NCBI GenBank assembly: GCA_977017645.1 | Contig: OZ360247.1 | Coordinates: 19,096,001-19,160,000 of the forward strand | Direction: 5' to 3' | DNA from: Torpedo marmorata | Lineage: Eukaryota | Length of the DNA stretch: 64,000 bases | Part shown: piece after piece, positions 1-13,902 of the stretch | Position numbering within the stretch: position 1 is the first letter of the stretch | Layout of the letters: the number at the start of each line of letters is the position of its first letter | Notes under the pieces: model-generated | The model's input: the letters and a program-made list of their open reading frames with translations, nothing else | Databases searched by the model: none | What the model was told of the DNA's origin: nothing | Translations under genes and position numbers: made by a program

Positions 1-330
1 ACGATGGGTCTGCCGGGACAATTGGGTTTGTGGATCTTGGGTAGGAGGTAGAAACGGACAGTGTGGGGTTGGGAAACAATGAGGTTGGAGGCCGTGCCAG
101 GGAGGTGACCGGAAGTTGGGGTCCTGTTGGAGGGGTAAGTAAAAGAAGGTGTCTGAGAGTTGTCGCCTGGCTTCGGCCAGATAGAGGTCAGTGCGCTAGA
201 CCACAACAGTGCCGCCCTTGACTGCAGGTTTGATGCTGAGGTTCAGATTGGTGCGGAGAGAGTGGAGGGCCAGGCGTTCCGAGGGGGTTAGATTTGAATG
301 AGTGAGGGGAGTAGTGCGGTCGATACAGTT
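1..330 (-). mobile_element. Penelope-like element, RT N-terminal region (segment 1; continues beyond window start)
   Basis: Minus strand reads LSIKPAVKGG and RFYLLPKIHKPNCPGRPIV, typical Penelope RT motifs. The sequence resumes at 9391 after the L1 insertion. Confidence 0.85.
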
Positions 331-846
331 TTCTCACAAAAAGATTAACAATTTAAACATAATCGTACAATTTCCAATTGTATACAACATTATTTAAAAA
401 TTTCCCTTCCCTCCCCCCCCAACTAAAGAGGGAAAAAAAAGCCTAAAAAACAGAAATTGCAAATAAAAGAAAAGAAAATTAAACGTACCGTCAGTGCTTA
501 CATTGCTTTTCCCACCTTTTTGGAAACGTCACACCATTAATTTGCTATACGATACATTTTATTGTACCTTGGAGTTTGAGTTATAACTAGGCCCCAATAT
601 ACTCCAGATATGGTTGCCACACCTTAACAAATGTGTCGTATTTATTCCTGATACTATATGTAATTTTCTCCACAGGAATACAGCTGTGCATTTCTGTTGA
701 CCATCGAGTGATGAGAAGGGGGGAGTCGGACTTCCAAATTACTGCTATACATTTCTTTGCCACGGACAAAGCAACTTTACAAATTGAATTTGAAATTTAG
801 ATAATTTGTAGCTTATGTCCATTAAATTTCCTAAAAGATACAACTC

Positions 847-3596
847 AAAGATGCAATGAGTACATTACAAAGTAATAAAGCACCGGGAGAGGATGGTTTT
901 CCGCCAGAGTTTTATAAAGAGTTTAAGGAATTATTAATTCCTGTGTTTAAGGATATGTTACAGCAAGCGTCTGTGACTTATACACTTCCAGAATCTTTTT
1001 CTACAGCAATAATTACTGTAATACTAAAAAAAGACAGGGACCCATTGAAACCTTCATCATATAGACCAATTTCATTACTGAATGCAGACTATAAGATTGT
1101 AGCGAAAATTTTGGCCAATAGGATAACAAAATTTTTGCCAAAATTAGTAAATATGGATCAAACAGGCTGCTGACAATGTAGCAAGGTTACTTAGTACTGT
1201 TCATTTAGCTCAAAAAAGAAAAGTACTAAGTGTTTCTCTGCACTAGATGCAGAGAAAGCTTTTGATAGACTGGAGTGGGATTTTTTTGTTTAAAGTATTG
1301 GAGAAATTTGGATTTGGGAGGATTTATATAGATTGGATTAAAGCATTATACAATGCTCCAAAAGCTAAAGTAGTGACTAACGGACAAATATCAACTTCGT
1401 TTTGTTTGACAAGATCTAGCCGACAAGGGTGCCCATTGTCACCAGCTTTATTTATATTAGCTATAGAATCATTGGCAGAGGCAATTAGAAGTGATTTGGC
1501 AATTAAGGGATTTACAGTTGGTCAAGAGCAACATAAAATCAGCTTATTTGCAGACGATGTTTTAATATACTTGACAGAGCCTGAGACCTCTCTGCAAACA
1601 TTGCATTTTAAATTGGAGGAATATGAGAAAGTTTCTGGTTATAAGATAAACTGGGATAAAAGTGAAATTATGCCTCTCACAGAGGGAGATTATACTTTAT
1701 GTAAAAGAAGTACTCAGTTTAAAGGGCCACATAATGGGATAAAATATTTCGGGATTCGAACAGATAATAATTTTAAAAATCTATATAAATGGAATTATCT
1801 ACCATTACTTAAAAAGATTAAAGAAGATTTGGAAAAATTGATTAATTTACCTATTACATTGATAGGAAGAGTTAATTGTATTAAAATGAATATATTTCCG
1901 AGGATACAGTATTTGTATCAAACTATACCTATTTTATTACCACAGGGTTTTTTCCAGGATTTAAATAAACAAGTGCGAAAATTTCTTTGGAAAGGGTCAA
2001 GAGTTTCTATGGAACGTTTAAAATGGAAATATGAATTGGGAGGTTTACAACTCCCTAATTTTAAAAATTATTATCGAGCGGCACAAATGAGATTTGTTAC
2101 TTCTTTTTTTGAAAGTGAAGGAAGACCTGCATGGGTTGGAATAGAGCTTGGAGAAAAAGGAGAAAAGGTACCAGAAGAATTTATATATAAATGGAATTCA
2201 AAATTATTGACAGGTGTTAAAGAAACACCGTTACTAAAACATTTGATTAATGCTTGGAATAAGATTAATGATGAGATAGGGATGAAAGGAACTATATCAC
2301 CTAAAACGTCATTGATACAGAATAATCTTATACCTTTTACAAAAGATAATCAATTTTTAAACATATGGTCACAGAAAGGAATAAAGAAGATAGAAGATTG
2401 TTATGAAGGGAACCAATTGATGTCGTTTACACAATTACGAAACAAATATGGAATACCCAATAATACTCTTTTTTGTTATTTTCAATTAAGAGGTTACTTA
2501 AGGGAAAAACTAGGTCCGGATATGTTGTTACAAGATTGTAGTGAGGTAGAAACCCTTATTAGGAAAGGAAATATTAAAAAATTTACTTCTATAATATATT
2601 CTTTGTTACAAAGGGGAGCTTTAAAACAAGGACTTCATAAATCTAGACAAAGATGGGAGCAAGATCTTAATGTTATAATTGATGAAAAAAGATGGTCGGA
2701 TTTATGTCAAGATAGTATGACCAATACTATTAATGTAAGGTATAGATTAGTACAGTATCATTTTTTACATCAACTATATCTTACACCACAAAAATTAAAT
2801 AAGATAAAATCTACTTTATCAAATAAGTGTTTTAGATGTGGTGAAGAGGAGGGAACTTTTTTACATTCAACATGGTTATGCCCTAAAGTAAAATGTTTTT
2901 CGATAGAGTTAGGGAATCGGATAAAACAAATTACAGGTGTAACATTTCCACAGAATCCTGATTTATTTTTATTAGGGAATGTGGAAGGAATTAGACCAAA
3001 GTTGAAGTTATCAACATGTCAATTGAAATTTGTAAAAATTGCTTTAGCAATAGCAAGGAAGTGTATAGCAGTAACTTGGAAATCAGATACAAATTTAGGC
3101 ATGGATAGATGGAATATCGAGATGCGGAGTTGTATTCCATTGGAAAAAATAACATATAACATGAGAAATAAATATGGGATATTTTTGCAAATTTGGTGTC
3201 CATATATCCAATCATTAGGTATGAATATTTAAATGTGTTGCTCTACATCCTAGACCCTGTTGACTCTCTCAAATTTAAAGAATAAATATTGTTGAATACC
3301 ATGCGTCGAGCCGTGGACCCAGCAGCGATCCGTACAGATGTTTTTAATAAGTAATACTAATGCCTTCTTTTCTGTTCTTATTTTTTATTTTTAGTTTTTT
3401 AGTAAGGGGAGGGAATTAAAGGGATGGGAAGGGTGGAGGGTGGGGTAGCAATATTATAGAGGGTGGGTTAAGGGATGGGTTAGATACACTGTAATACAAA
3501 TTATGTTTTTTTTATTTACTGGAATTAATTATGTATATTACGTATGATGTACTACTGTGAGAAAATTCAAAATTTAAAATAAAATATTCAAAAAAA
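847..3596 (+). mobile_element. 5'-truncated L1 (L1-B) inserted antisense into L1-A ORF2
   Basis: ORFs 856-1173 and 1247-3232 cover RT (QGCPLSP, LFADD) to the C-terminal CFRC motif, followed by AATAAA and poly(A). TSD aaaagatacaactc 833-846 / aaaagataaaactc 3597-3610 (1 mismatch). Confidence 0.92.
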
Positions 3597-4506
3597 AAAA
3601 GATAAAACTCTGGGTCCAGCGGAAAGTTTACCCCCGTAATTCTGGTTAGTGTATTAGATATATCATGCCAAAAGGGGCGTACCTTTACGCAGGACCAAGT
3701 GGAGTGCAGAAAAGTTCCAGTTTCTACACCACATCTGAAGCACATCTCCGATATTTCGGGTTTAGACTTGTGTAACTTTTGTGGTGTAAGATATAATTGG
3801 TGTAAGAAGTTACACTGGATCAGTCTGTATCTGGCATTAATAACCGCCGTCATACTATGCCTACACCAGTCTGACCAGCAACGTTCGTGAATTGTTGTAC
3901 CCAGGTCCAACTCCCACCTTTCCCTCGATCTATCTATACCTGGTTTAGGGCTTTCACTCTGTAAAACAAAGTACATTCTGGATGTAAATTTGAGTGAGTT
4001 TCCCAGTCCCAGCAGATGCTCCACCTCGTTGCTAATAGGTGGGGTCATTGTTGGGCCCCACCTTTCTCGCAAAAAGGATCTTAATTGGAGAAAACAGTAA
4101 AAGGTTCTGTTAGACAAATCATATTTATCTCTAAGTTGTTCAAAGGATATGAGTTTTCCATTGTGATAGCAATCATCAATATAATGAATCCCCTTTTGGT
4201 ACCAATTTTCCCCTATTTTATTGCCCAAATTCATGGGTATAAGTTTGTTTTGAAACAGAGGTGTTTTGGGAGATATTCCAACTTTTTCTCCAATTCAGTC
4301 ATTAAGTTCTTGCCAGATTTTAACCATATGCTTCAGAATGGGATTATCTGTTCTTTTGGATATTAGCTTGGTATTCCATTTGTAAACAAAATCTTTAGCT
4401 ATTTTCTCCCCTATAGCGTTTAGTCCAATTTGGACCCATGGAGGGGTATCACCCTTCTTAAAATAGGTTAGAAGAAACCTCGACTGGGCTGCTAAATAGT
4501 ACTTCT

Positions 4507-5455
4507 TGTTACAAAATTCAAACCAGCAACGACAGAAGACGCAATGCAAAAGGGGTAAAATTGAAATTTATATTTATTAAAGACAATTAAACATATAATT
4601 TCACAACAATTAACCCCACTATAAACGTCTATAAACACTATTCTTATCTAAAAGATGTGTGTGTGTGTGTGTAAAGCCCAGTCCATTACAGTCTGTGCCC
4701 AACCCTCATGTAAAAATGGAAAAACTTTCCCCAAAAACCCCAGGTCAGTCATAAAAAAACAAGTCAGTCCCAAAAATACAGTCCACAAAAATTCACTCTC
4801 TATGTTCAGGGTCCAAATTCAGCTCTGTGTGCTGGCAAGAAGGACTTCTTAATGAACGTTGGAGAGAGAGACAATGACTGTTTATGCTTACGAATACTTG
4901 GCTTGCTTTTCTTCTCTGATGACTTTCCCTTCTGGTGTTTTCACAAGGATTGCGAATTCAGATCCGTTTTGGATTAAGGCGTGTACTTGGATCTCACAGC
5001 CGGTTCTTCACAAAAGCTGCTCTCAACTCAGGATTTTGCTGAATCACCAGGCCTTGTATTTCTCCCAGCCGTTTCCCCTGGGATGCACAAGCCTGGACTT
5101 TTCTGATTCAAGAGACTCTGTGCTATTCTCCTAACTTCTTCTCTGGGATGCACAAGCCTGGATCCTGCTGAGTTCTCCCGCCTTTGCAACTCCAAAACTG
5201 CCACTGATTCAGTTTTCCACGACTGAACTTCAGGCCTTACTGTAGAGAGTCTCCAGCTCCCTTTTTCAAAAATTCAACAACAAAACCAAGTGTCTCTTTC
5301 CACAGTTTGTCTCCCCCTGGTGCCTCTCTCTGGTAAATACAAGAAGTCCTGGGCAAGTTAACTCTTTCAGTACCAGGTCCCAGTGTGTACTCCAAAAGAC
5401 TTCATCCTTCCTTCTTACCGTCCGCAGTCCAAATTGTCAGTCATGGTCCATAACA
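4507..5455 (-). mobile_element. Solo LTR (949 bp) inside L1-A ORF2
   Basis: TGTTA...TAACA termini and 4-bp TSD ttct (4503-4506, 5456-5459). Removing it restores the L1 peptide LPDFKKYYLAAQ. Confidence 0.88.
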
Positions 5456-8365
5456 TTCTTAAAATCCGGTAATCGTAAACCCCCCAGTTTATAATCCCAT
5501 GTCATCTTTTCCATGGAGATTCTAGAAACTTTGCCATTCCAAATAAACTGTCGTACACATCCATTGAGTGTTTTAAAAAAGTTTGTGGCAAAGGTATAGG
5601 TAAAGATTGAAAGAGATATTGGAGTTTTGGCATCACCACCATTTTGATACAGTTTACCCTGCCCACTAATGTAATGGGCAGGCTTCTCCATCTGAGTAAA
5701 TCGTCCTCGATCTTTCCAAGCTTCGGGAGGTAGTTAAGTTTGTACAAATTCTGTAAATTATTGTCAATCATTATTCCTAGATATTTCATACCTTCTAGTT
5801 GCCATTTAAAGCAACTCACCTGTTGATATTTCCTATGGTCAAATTTCTTAAGTGGCATAATTTCACTTTTGTCTATGTTTATTTTATATCCTGAAATCAT
5901 ACCATAATCCTCCAGTGTAGTCTACAATTTGGTCAAAGACTCAGCTGGGTCTATTAGATATAACAATATGTCGTCTGCAAACAGGTTAATCTTGTGTTCC
6001 ACCTGATCCACCTTGAAACCCTTTATTTCTGGATCCCTCCTGATAGTTTCTGCCAAAGGTTTGATTGCCAGCACAAAAAGCCCTGGAGACAGTGGACAGT
6101 GGACAACCCTGCCTACTAGATCTAAAGACATGGCTATGCTTGAGTCTATTTTGGATTGTGCCAAATGTATTATACTAAGTAGTCTACCCAAGTTATTGGC
6201 AGAGTGTCTCCTCTTCACAAACCCAACTTGGTCTGAATTTATCAATTTTGGTAAATATTGACCTCGTCTGTTAACCAATGCTTTGGCTATTATCTTATAA
6301 TCAGCATTTAGTAATGAAATAGGTCTATATGAGGACGGCTTTAGTGGGTCTCTATTTTTCTTAGGTATAACCGTAATGATAGCTCTTGAAAAGGATTCTG
6401 GGAGAGTCTGTGTTTCTGCCGCCAGATCGACCACATCTGTAATAAGAGGCATCAACAAATCGTTAAATTCTTTGTAGAATTCAGGCGGGAAACCATCCTC
6501 CCCCGGTGATTTATTAGTTTGTAATGTACTCAAGGTTTTTTCGATCTCCTCACTAGAGAAAGGGAATTCAATTTCGCCTGATCATCTTGGTCCAATCTGG
6601 ACAAATCGACCTTGGACAAAAAATCATCTATCTTAGATAAATCTTGAGGTAACTCTGATTTGTATAATTCTGTATAGAACTGCTTAAATGTGTCATTTAT
6701 CTCTCTCGGGTTATGTGTTATTTTATCTGGCCCTGATTCAATTGCATTAATTACCCTGGATGTCTCCTCTGCTTTCAATTGCCAAGCCAGGACCTTATGG
6801 GCTCTTTCACCCAGTTCATAATACTTTTGCTTGGTTCTCAAAATGGTTTTCTCCACCTGATACGTCTGCAAAGTATTATATTTAAGTTTTTTGTTTACCA
6901 GAATTTGGTATTTTTCCTTTGAGCCGGATTGTTGATATTCCTTTTCCAATTCCAAAATTTCTCGATCTAGATCATTTACTTCTGCCAAATATTTATTTTT
7001 AACATTTTTGGTGTACGAAATTATTTGCCCCCTCAAATAAGCCTTCAAAGTATCCCATATTAAGAAACTATTATTAGTGGAGGGGCAATTTGTCTCACAG
7101 AACAAATTTATCTGACCCCTTATAAAGTTACAAAAGTCTGTCCTTTTCAAGTAGGGTTTAGGCCCCATCTATATACACTTGCCTGTTTTTCTGGCATTAT
7201 TATGGATAAGATCAAAGGTGCATGATCCGATAATAGTCTAGCTAAGTATTCCGATTCGATCACTCTGCCTTCCAACTGTGCCGACATTAAAAACTAGTCA
7301 ATTCTGGTATAAGAATCATGGGGTTTGGAATAGAAGGAGTAATCTCTGGCTTGTGGGTGCAACCGTCTCCATGCATCTATTAGATTTAAATCTTTCATGA
7401 AGGCCAGAGTGGTTTTGGCTGCCCTGGCCTTCGTTACTGTCTTTGCAGACTTATCCAGGACAGGATACAGACAAAAATTAAAATCCCCTCCTATTAACAC
7501 ATTCTGTCTCCCCCCCGACACCTTCAGAAATATATCTTGCATAAAAGTCTCATCATTAAAATTTGGTGCGTAGAGGTTCAGAAGTGTCCAGGGTTCTGAG
7601 TAAATTTGACAATGTATTATCACAAATCTCCCAGCTGAGTCGATAACCGTATCCTCCACTGCCACTGAAACCTTTTTATTTATTAAAGTAGCCACCCCCC
7701 TCGCCTTGGAATTAAAAGAAGACGTGATCACCTGTCCCACCCATTCCCTTTTCAATTTGGTATGTTCCTTATTCGTAAGGTGAGTTTCCTGTAGAAAAAA
7801 TATATCCGCTTGTATTTTTTTAAGGTGTGCCCAACTCTTTTTCTTTTTATGGGCCCATTTAATCCATTGACATTAAAACTAATAAATTTTATGGTCTTAT
7901 TCATTGTAGTATTTCCACATTGTTATATTACTTTCATAACTCCTTCCTACGTTTCTTCCCCGGTGTGCGTTCTCCATTACAAAATAACCCGTATGTTTCC
8001 CCTGCACTGACAGTGACGTAAACAGAAAACCCCAAAAGCCCGCGAAAAAGGCTGCAGGACAAAAAGAAATACCCTTCCCTTTGCTTCAATCACCATCTTG
8101 CAAAATACCTCGTCCCCTGGTGCCATCAACCCCCTTAAACCGGGGTACAGTTCGTGCCCGTTCTACCATAGCTTCCCAGCCATTCCCGGGCTCCCTTAAT
8201 ATCTCTATAATATTCTTATTTAAATAAAAAGGACAAGCCAAGGCAAACCCAACATTCTCGCAATTTAATATTTAAAATTCAGCTCGCAATCCCTCTTTTA
8301 CCCAACGTCTCAGTATAGTTCTTTAACCGTCTTCAATCTTCGCTTCTTCTCCTCCCCTTCCGATC

Positions 8366-9271
8366 TTAGGATCTCTCCTGGAGACCCCGAGCGAAATCCT
8401 CCGCCTCCCGGGGTGTGTTGAGGAACTTTCTCTCGCCCTCCGGCGATTCCAGCCTCAGCGTCGCAGGATAGAGCATTGCATACGGAATGTTTTTTATCCT
8501 CAGCTGCCTCTTCACCGCATCATACTCCTTCCGACGTCTCACCAAGGCCGCACTCAGGTCCTGAAAGAAAAGAAGCTTGACGCCGTCGAACTCGACGGGC
8601 CCGCCTGTTTCTTTAGTGCGTGCCGCAGCCGCACGCAAAATATCCTCCCGGTCCCGGTACCTCAGCAGGCGTACCAGCACCGGTCGTGGTCACGGATCAG
8701 GCGATCTCCGGGGGCCGAGGGTCCAGTGGGCTCTCTCCACCATCAGGGGTCTTGCAAAACGTTCTTGTCCCAGAACTTCTGGGATCCATTTTTCGAAGGA
8801 TCCCACCGGGTCTCTTCCCTCGGTCCCTTCCTTCAGTCCGATTATTATGACATTATTTCTTCTGCTGAAGTTCTCCATGTGGTCTAATTTGTCGAGGATC
8901 TCCTTTTTTTCCCTCTGCCAGGCATCGTTATCATTTTCCAAGCTTCCGAGCCTGGTTTGTATTGTCTCCGATGTCTGCTCCACCTTCTCCACACGGGAAG
9001 TCAAAATGATCATTGAGCTTTTAAGCTCTTTGATTGCATCGAGCACCTCCTTAAGACAAGTCTTCACTCTTCCAAATCTGCTGGTCAAGTCTCCCACAGC
9101 CTCCGCTATATCTGGGGGTGAGTGCATCAACTCCCCATTTGTCTTCTTCTTGGCCAGTGCCATTGCAGGGGCTTGCACTTAACTGCTCCCGTGTGGATTT
9201 TCAATCGACGAATCTGTTGAACTTGGAGATCCTCCTGTCGCCAAAAGTTGAGATTTATTTTTCTTTACCAT
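8366..9271 (-). pseudogene. L1-A ORF1 (coiled coil, RRM, CTD), disrupted
   Basis: Motifs DHMENFSRRNNVIIIGLKEG, VERAHW, FFQDLS, RRKEYDAVKRQL and MLYPATLRL. Stop near 9180 and frameshift near 8690. Confidence 0.88.
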
Positions 9272-9390
9272 TATATTAGCGTTTTTTTGCTTTAAATCAA
9301 TGAGTTGGATGCTTTAACTTGCTTTAAATCAAATTTAAACAGAGAGCCCAAGAATCCTCCTAGCTGCTCAGCATCACGTGACCCTCTCAT

Positions 9391-9901
9391 GGTCGATACA
9401 GTTGATGTCACGGCGGCAGTTGGAAATATAAAGGTTCAGAGCAGGCAGAAGACCGGAACGAGGTGTCCAGGAGGAGGAAGAAGGTTTAAAGCGGGAGAAG
9501 GGATCCGTAGTGGGGGGTGGAGAATCATGGTTGTGGAAGTAGGCATGGAGACGGAGCCAACGGAAGAAGAGTTCAGCATCATGGCATGCACGGAACTCGT
9601 TAAGGTGTGGACGAAGGGACAGAGCGTTCAGTCTCCGAGAGGGGAAGGTCAGAAGGCATGGTGAAGACCAGGCAGGGGTTAGGGGGATGTTCAATGGGGT
9701 GGAGGGTGTCGGGGAGGGGAGGAGGATGGGGTGGATCAGGAGGTGGAGGGTAGGAAGGGTCCAAGGGAGGGTTGGGAAAGTCAGAGGGTGGAGAGAGAGA
9801 GGCCTGTGCGCTCCCGGAGCCAGGGTGGGAGTTCGCGACAGAGGCTCGGTCCTGTAGGTTACAGGGGCCAAGGTGGAAACCCGTGTCCGAAGCTCGGTTC
9901 T
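9391..9901 (-). mobile_element. Penelope-like element, segment 2
   Basis: PSDLPLSETERSV, DAELFFRWLRLHAYFHN and LPALNLYISNCRRDI match the Penelope pre-RT region. Contiguous with 1-330 across the TSD. Confidence 0.82.
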
Positions 9902-10132
9902 TGTGGTAAACCACTGTAAATACCTGTATATATGTTTATGGTCATCTGGACACGCCCCTTACTGGCTGTACCTGTGGCTCCTCCCACAGACCCTGAATAA
10001 AGGCTATTGTGCCACAGCTCCCTCCCCAGTCCAGCTCAGACGACCACCAGGAGTGTACATCCATTCCAATGTGAATAAAAGCCATCAGTTCTTGCCTAAC
10101 TTCTAGTCTTTGGAGTTATTGATGGTGCATCA
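9902..10132 (+). repeat. 5' LTR (231 bp)
   Basis: TG...CA termini. Differs from the 3' LTR by 2 substitutions and 2 single-base indels, counted by eye. Confidence 0.95.
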
Positions 10133-10156
10133 ATTTTATTCACATTGTTTTCGATA

Positions 10157-13100
10157 ATGGATCAGTATCTGAAACCTGAAAGGTTGGAGCTAGACCCTCA
10201 ATCACCCGAGGCATCCAACGGTTTCGAACACTGGCTGCGTTGTTTCGAGGCATTCTTGAGGGCCTCTGCTGCTGTCGTTCAATCTGAGGACGACAAACTA
10301 CAATTGCTACATTCCCGGTTTGGGCCCCGGGTGTACTCAATGATCAGGGGCGCTGAATCTTACCGGGAGGCCATGGACACGCTGAAAGGCCAGTACCTGA
10401 AGAAGGTAAATGAAGTCTATGCGAGACATCTTCTGGCTACCCGAAAACAGCGACCTGGGGAGTCGAGTGATGAATACCTACGAGCCCTGTGAACCCTCGG
10501 ACGGGCCTGCAACTGCACGGCCGTTACGGCCGCGACATGCACAGAGGACCTCTTAAGAGATGCCTGTGTTGCTGGTATACAATCGAACTACATAAGGCAG
10601 AGACTGTTGGAGCAAGGTGAGCTTGACTTGCAGAGGGCCGTGGACCTAGCAGGCATGCTAGAAGTGGCCCTCCAAAACATGGACGCGTACTCTGCCGATA
10701 GCGCGGCCGCATCATGGTTGCAGAGGGCGCTGCCGTCTTGGGACGCGGGAGGGCCGCAAGCCTGTGGAACACTGCCACATTCCGTCAACGACACGACCAC
10801 GGCTGCTATGACCCGCAATCAGCTGAAGTGCTACTTCTGCGGGCTGGATAAGCACCCCCGGAAACGCTGCCCGGCGAAAGACGCGGTCTGCGCTAACTGC
10901 AGGAAGAAGGAACACTACGTGAATGTCTGTAAGTCCCAACCGCCCTTTAGACCCAGCAGCGCCGCGTGCGAGCAGAGGGCGCCGCCATCTTCCCAACCCA
11001 GCAGCGCCGCGTGTGAACCATGGGGGCCGCCATCTTGAACGACGCCATCTTGGGACCGAACACCCGGACACCGCATCACCCCCACAGAATTCGACAGTGA
11101 CTCTGTACTGGCCTCCATCACACTGGACCAAGGGAGCCCCCATCAACTGGCCAGATCGAAGATGGACATCGAGGTGGATGGCCACAAGACGAGCTGCCTC
11201 TTCGATAGTGGGAGCACGGAGAGTTTTATACACCCCGACACGGTACAGCATTACCGCCTAAGCCACAAAGTCTCCATGGCGTCCAAGACCCACACAGCAG
11301 AGATCCGCGGTTACTGTATAGTGACCCTGACTGTACTGGGCACAGAGTATAAGCCTTTTAAATTACTAGTCATGTCACAGCTCTGCGCGGACGTGCTACT
11401 GGGGCTAGACTTCCAATGTCACCTTAAAAGCGTGACATTGGAGTACGATGGGCCCCACCCCCCTGTTACCGTCTGTAATCCACAGTTTGTAAACCGCTCT
11501 TCACAACTCATCGATCGCCCACCGCGCGCGACCTGCGGCCTTTCTACCCTCCGGATCACCCCCCCCCCCACCGCTGTTCGCTATCCTTACCACTGACTGC
11601 AAACCCGTGGCCACCAAAAGTAGGCGATACAGTGCCGGGGACAGGGCCTTTATCAGGTCGGAAGTGCAATGGCTGTTGAAGGAGGGGATTATTGAAGCCA
11701 GCACCAGCCCCTGGAGAGCCCAAGTGGTGGTGGTAAAGAATGGGGAGAAGAACAGGATGGTCATTGACTATAGTCAGACCATCAACAGATATACGCAGCT
11801 GGACGCGTACCCCCTCCCCCGCATAGCCGACATGGTGAACCAGATCGCCCAATACCGGGTGTTCTCCACCATCGACTTAAAGCCGGCATACCACCAACTC
11901 CCCATCCGACTGGAGGACCGCCAATACACTGCCTTTGAGGCAGATGGCCGCCTCTATCACTTTCTGAAGGTTCCTTTTGGTTTTCCAGCGGGAGATGGAC
12001 CGTATGGTCGACCAGCACGGGCTGCAGGCCACATTCCCGTATCTGGATAATATCACCATTTGCGGCCATGACCTACAGGATCATGAAGCCAACCTCCAAA
12101 AATTCCTTCAGACCGCCAAGCTCCTCAACCTTACTTATAATAAGGATAAATGCGTCTTTGGCACAACATGCCTGGCGATCCTTGGCTGCGTCATACAGGA
12201 TGGAGTAATTGGCCCACAGCCTCAAAGCCCTGAAAAGGTGCCTGGGCTTCTTTTCCCATTAGCCTAGTGGGTCCCTAATTATGCGGACAAGGCCCGCCCT
12301 CTCGTCAAATCCACCTCTTTTCCCCTGACGTCAGAGGCCCGTGCAGCCTTCAGCCGCATCAAAGTGGACATCGCCAAGGCCGCGATGCATGCTGTGGACT
12401 AATCCACCCCATTCCAGGTGGAGAGTGATGCGTCTGATTTCGCCCTGGCCGCCACCCTCAACCAAGCGGGTAGACCCATAGCTTTCTATTCCCGCACCCT
12501 CCGGGGCCTAGAAATCTGATACTCCTCTGTCGAGAAAGAGGCCCAAGCCATTGTTGAGGCGGTGCAGCACTGGAGGCACTTCCTCGCCGGAAAACGATTT
12601 ACCTTGCTAACTGACCAACGTTCAGTTGCGTTTATGTTCAATAACCAACAGCGAGGTAAAATTAAGAATGACAAGATTCTGAGGTGGAGAATTGAACTTT
12701 CCACCTACAATTACGATATCTTGTACCGGCCCGGTAAATTCAATGAGCCCCCAGATGCCCTTTCCCGCGGAACATGTGCCAGTGCACAAATAGACCGCCT
12801 ACAAGCCCTCCACAGCGACCTCTGCCACCCCGGGGTCACCAGATTCTTCCATTTTATAAAAGCCCGCAACCTTCCTTACTCCATTGAGGAGGTCAGCACC
12901 ATGACCAGGAACTGCCAAATCTGTGCAGAGTGCAAACCGCACTTCTACCGACCAGACAAAGCACACCTGATAAAAGCCACCCGCCCCTTTGAACGCCTGA
13001 GCGTTGACTTCAAGGGACCCCTTCCCTCCTCTGACCGCAACGTGTACTTCCTCAACATTATTGATGAGTACTCACGTTTCCCTTTCGCCATCCCCTGCCC

Positions 13101-13902
13101 GGACATGACCACAGCCACAGTCATCAAGGTCCTACGCAACCTTTCACCCTCTTCGGGTACCCCTGCTATGCATAGCGACCGGGGGTCCTCTTTTATGAGG
13201 AACTGCGTCAGTACCTGCAGGCCAGAGGCATCGCCACGAGTAGGACCACCAGTTATAATCCCCGAGGGATCGGGCAGGTGGAGAGGGAGATCGCTACCGT
13301 TTGGAAGGCCACCCTCCTAGCCCTAAGGTCAAGAGGTCTTCCAGTCTCCCGTTGGCAAGAGGTACTCCCTGAGGCACTCCATTCAATCAGATCACTTGTG
13401 CACAGCCACCAATGTCACTCCACATGAGAGAATGTTTTCCTTTCCTTGGAAGTCCACTTCAGGGACCACGTTACCGTCCTGGCTGACATCCCCAGGGCCG
13501 GTCCTACTCCGGAGGCATGTGGGGAGCCATAAGCATGACCCACTGGTCGAAAGGGTCCATCTCCTCCACACCAACCCCCAATACGCCTACGTGACGTATC
13601 CTGATGGGCGGGAGGACACGGTCTCCGTTCGGGACCTGGCACCTTCGGGAGTCACTGACACCACTGACGACTGCCCTGCCCCATCCCCACCCACCGCCAC
13701 CCATGATGCACCATTGCCATGGCAAGTGACCCCAGCTCCGGGGGATGGCTTGCCAGATACTTCGCTGCCACACATCCACCAAGACAGAGCCGACAACAAC
13801 ACACAGGTGGTCCAATCAGGACTGGATGCAACAGCTGCGCCGCAGCCGGCACTATGACGGTCACAGCGGCAGACCAGACCACCTGAAAGACTGAATCTGT
13901 GA
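10157..13902 (+). pseudogene. Gypsy gag-pol with stops and frameshifts
   Basis: Double zinc knuckle CYFCGLDKHPRKRC..CANCRKKEHYVNVC; protease LFDSGS; RT SPWRAQVVVV, STIDLKPAYHQL, YLDN; RNase H SDAS, TDQRS, DALSR; integrase H..H..C..C, VDFKGP, SDRGSSF. Confidence 0.92.

Larger units (their letters stand above)
587..7904 (-). pseudogene. L1-A ORF2 (APE endonuclease, reverse transcriptase, Cys-rich), disrupted
   Basis: Motifs MNKTIKFISFNVNGL, LNLYAPN, IGGDFN, SPGEDGFPPEFYK, YRPISLLNADYK, LFADDILL and CFRCG..GTFLHSTWSC. Has frameshifts, two insertions and an internal RT deletion near 6120. Confidence 0.9.
331..9390 (-). mobile_element. Full-length, decayed L1-clade LINE (L1-A) inserted in the Penelope element
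   Basis: 13-bp TSD ggtcgatacagtt at 318-330 and 9391-9403. Contains a 5' UTR with gtcacgtga, ORF1, ORF2 (EN-RT-Cys) and a 3' UTR. Interrupted by L1-B and a solo LTR. Confidence 0.92.

Noticed and set aside
1247-3232. 661-aa ORF as an active L1 protein
   Set aside because: The element is 5'-truncated, lacks ORF1 and the endonuclease, and is frameshifted near 1170-1290.
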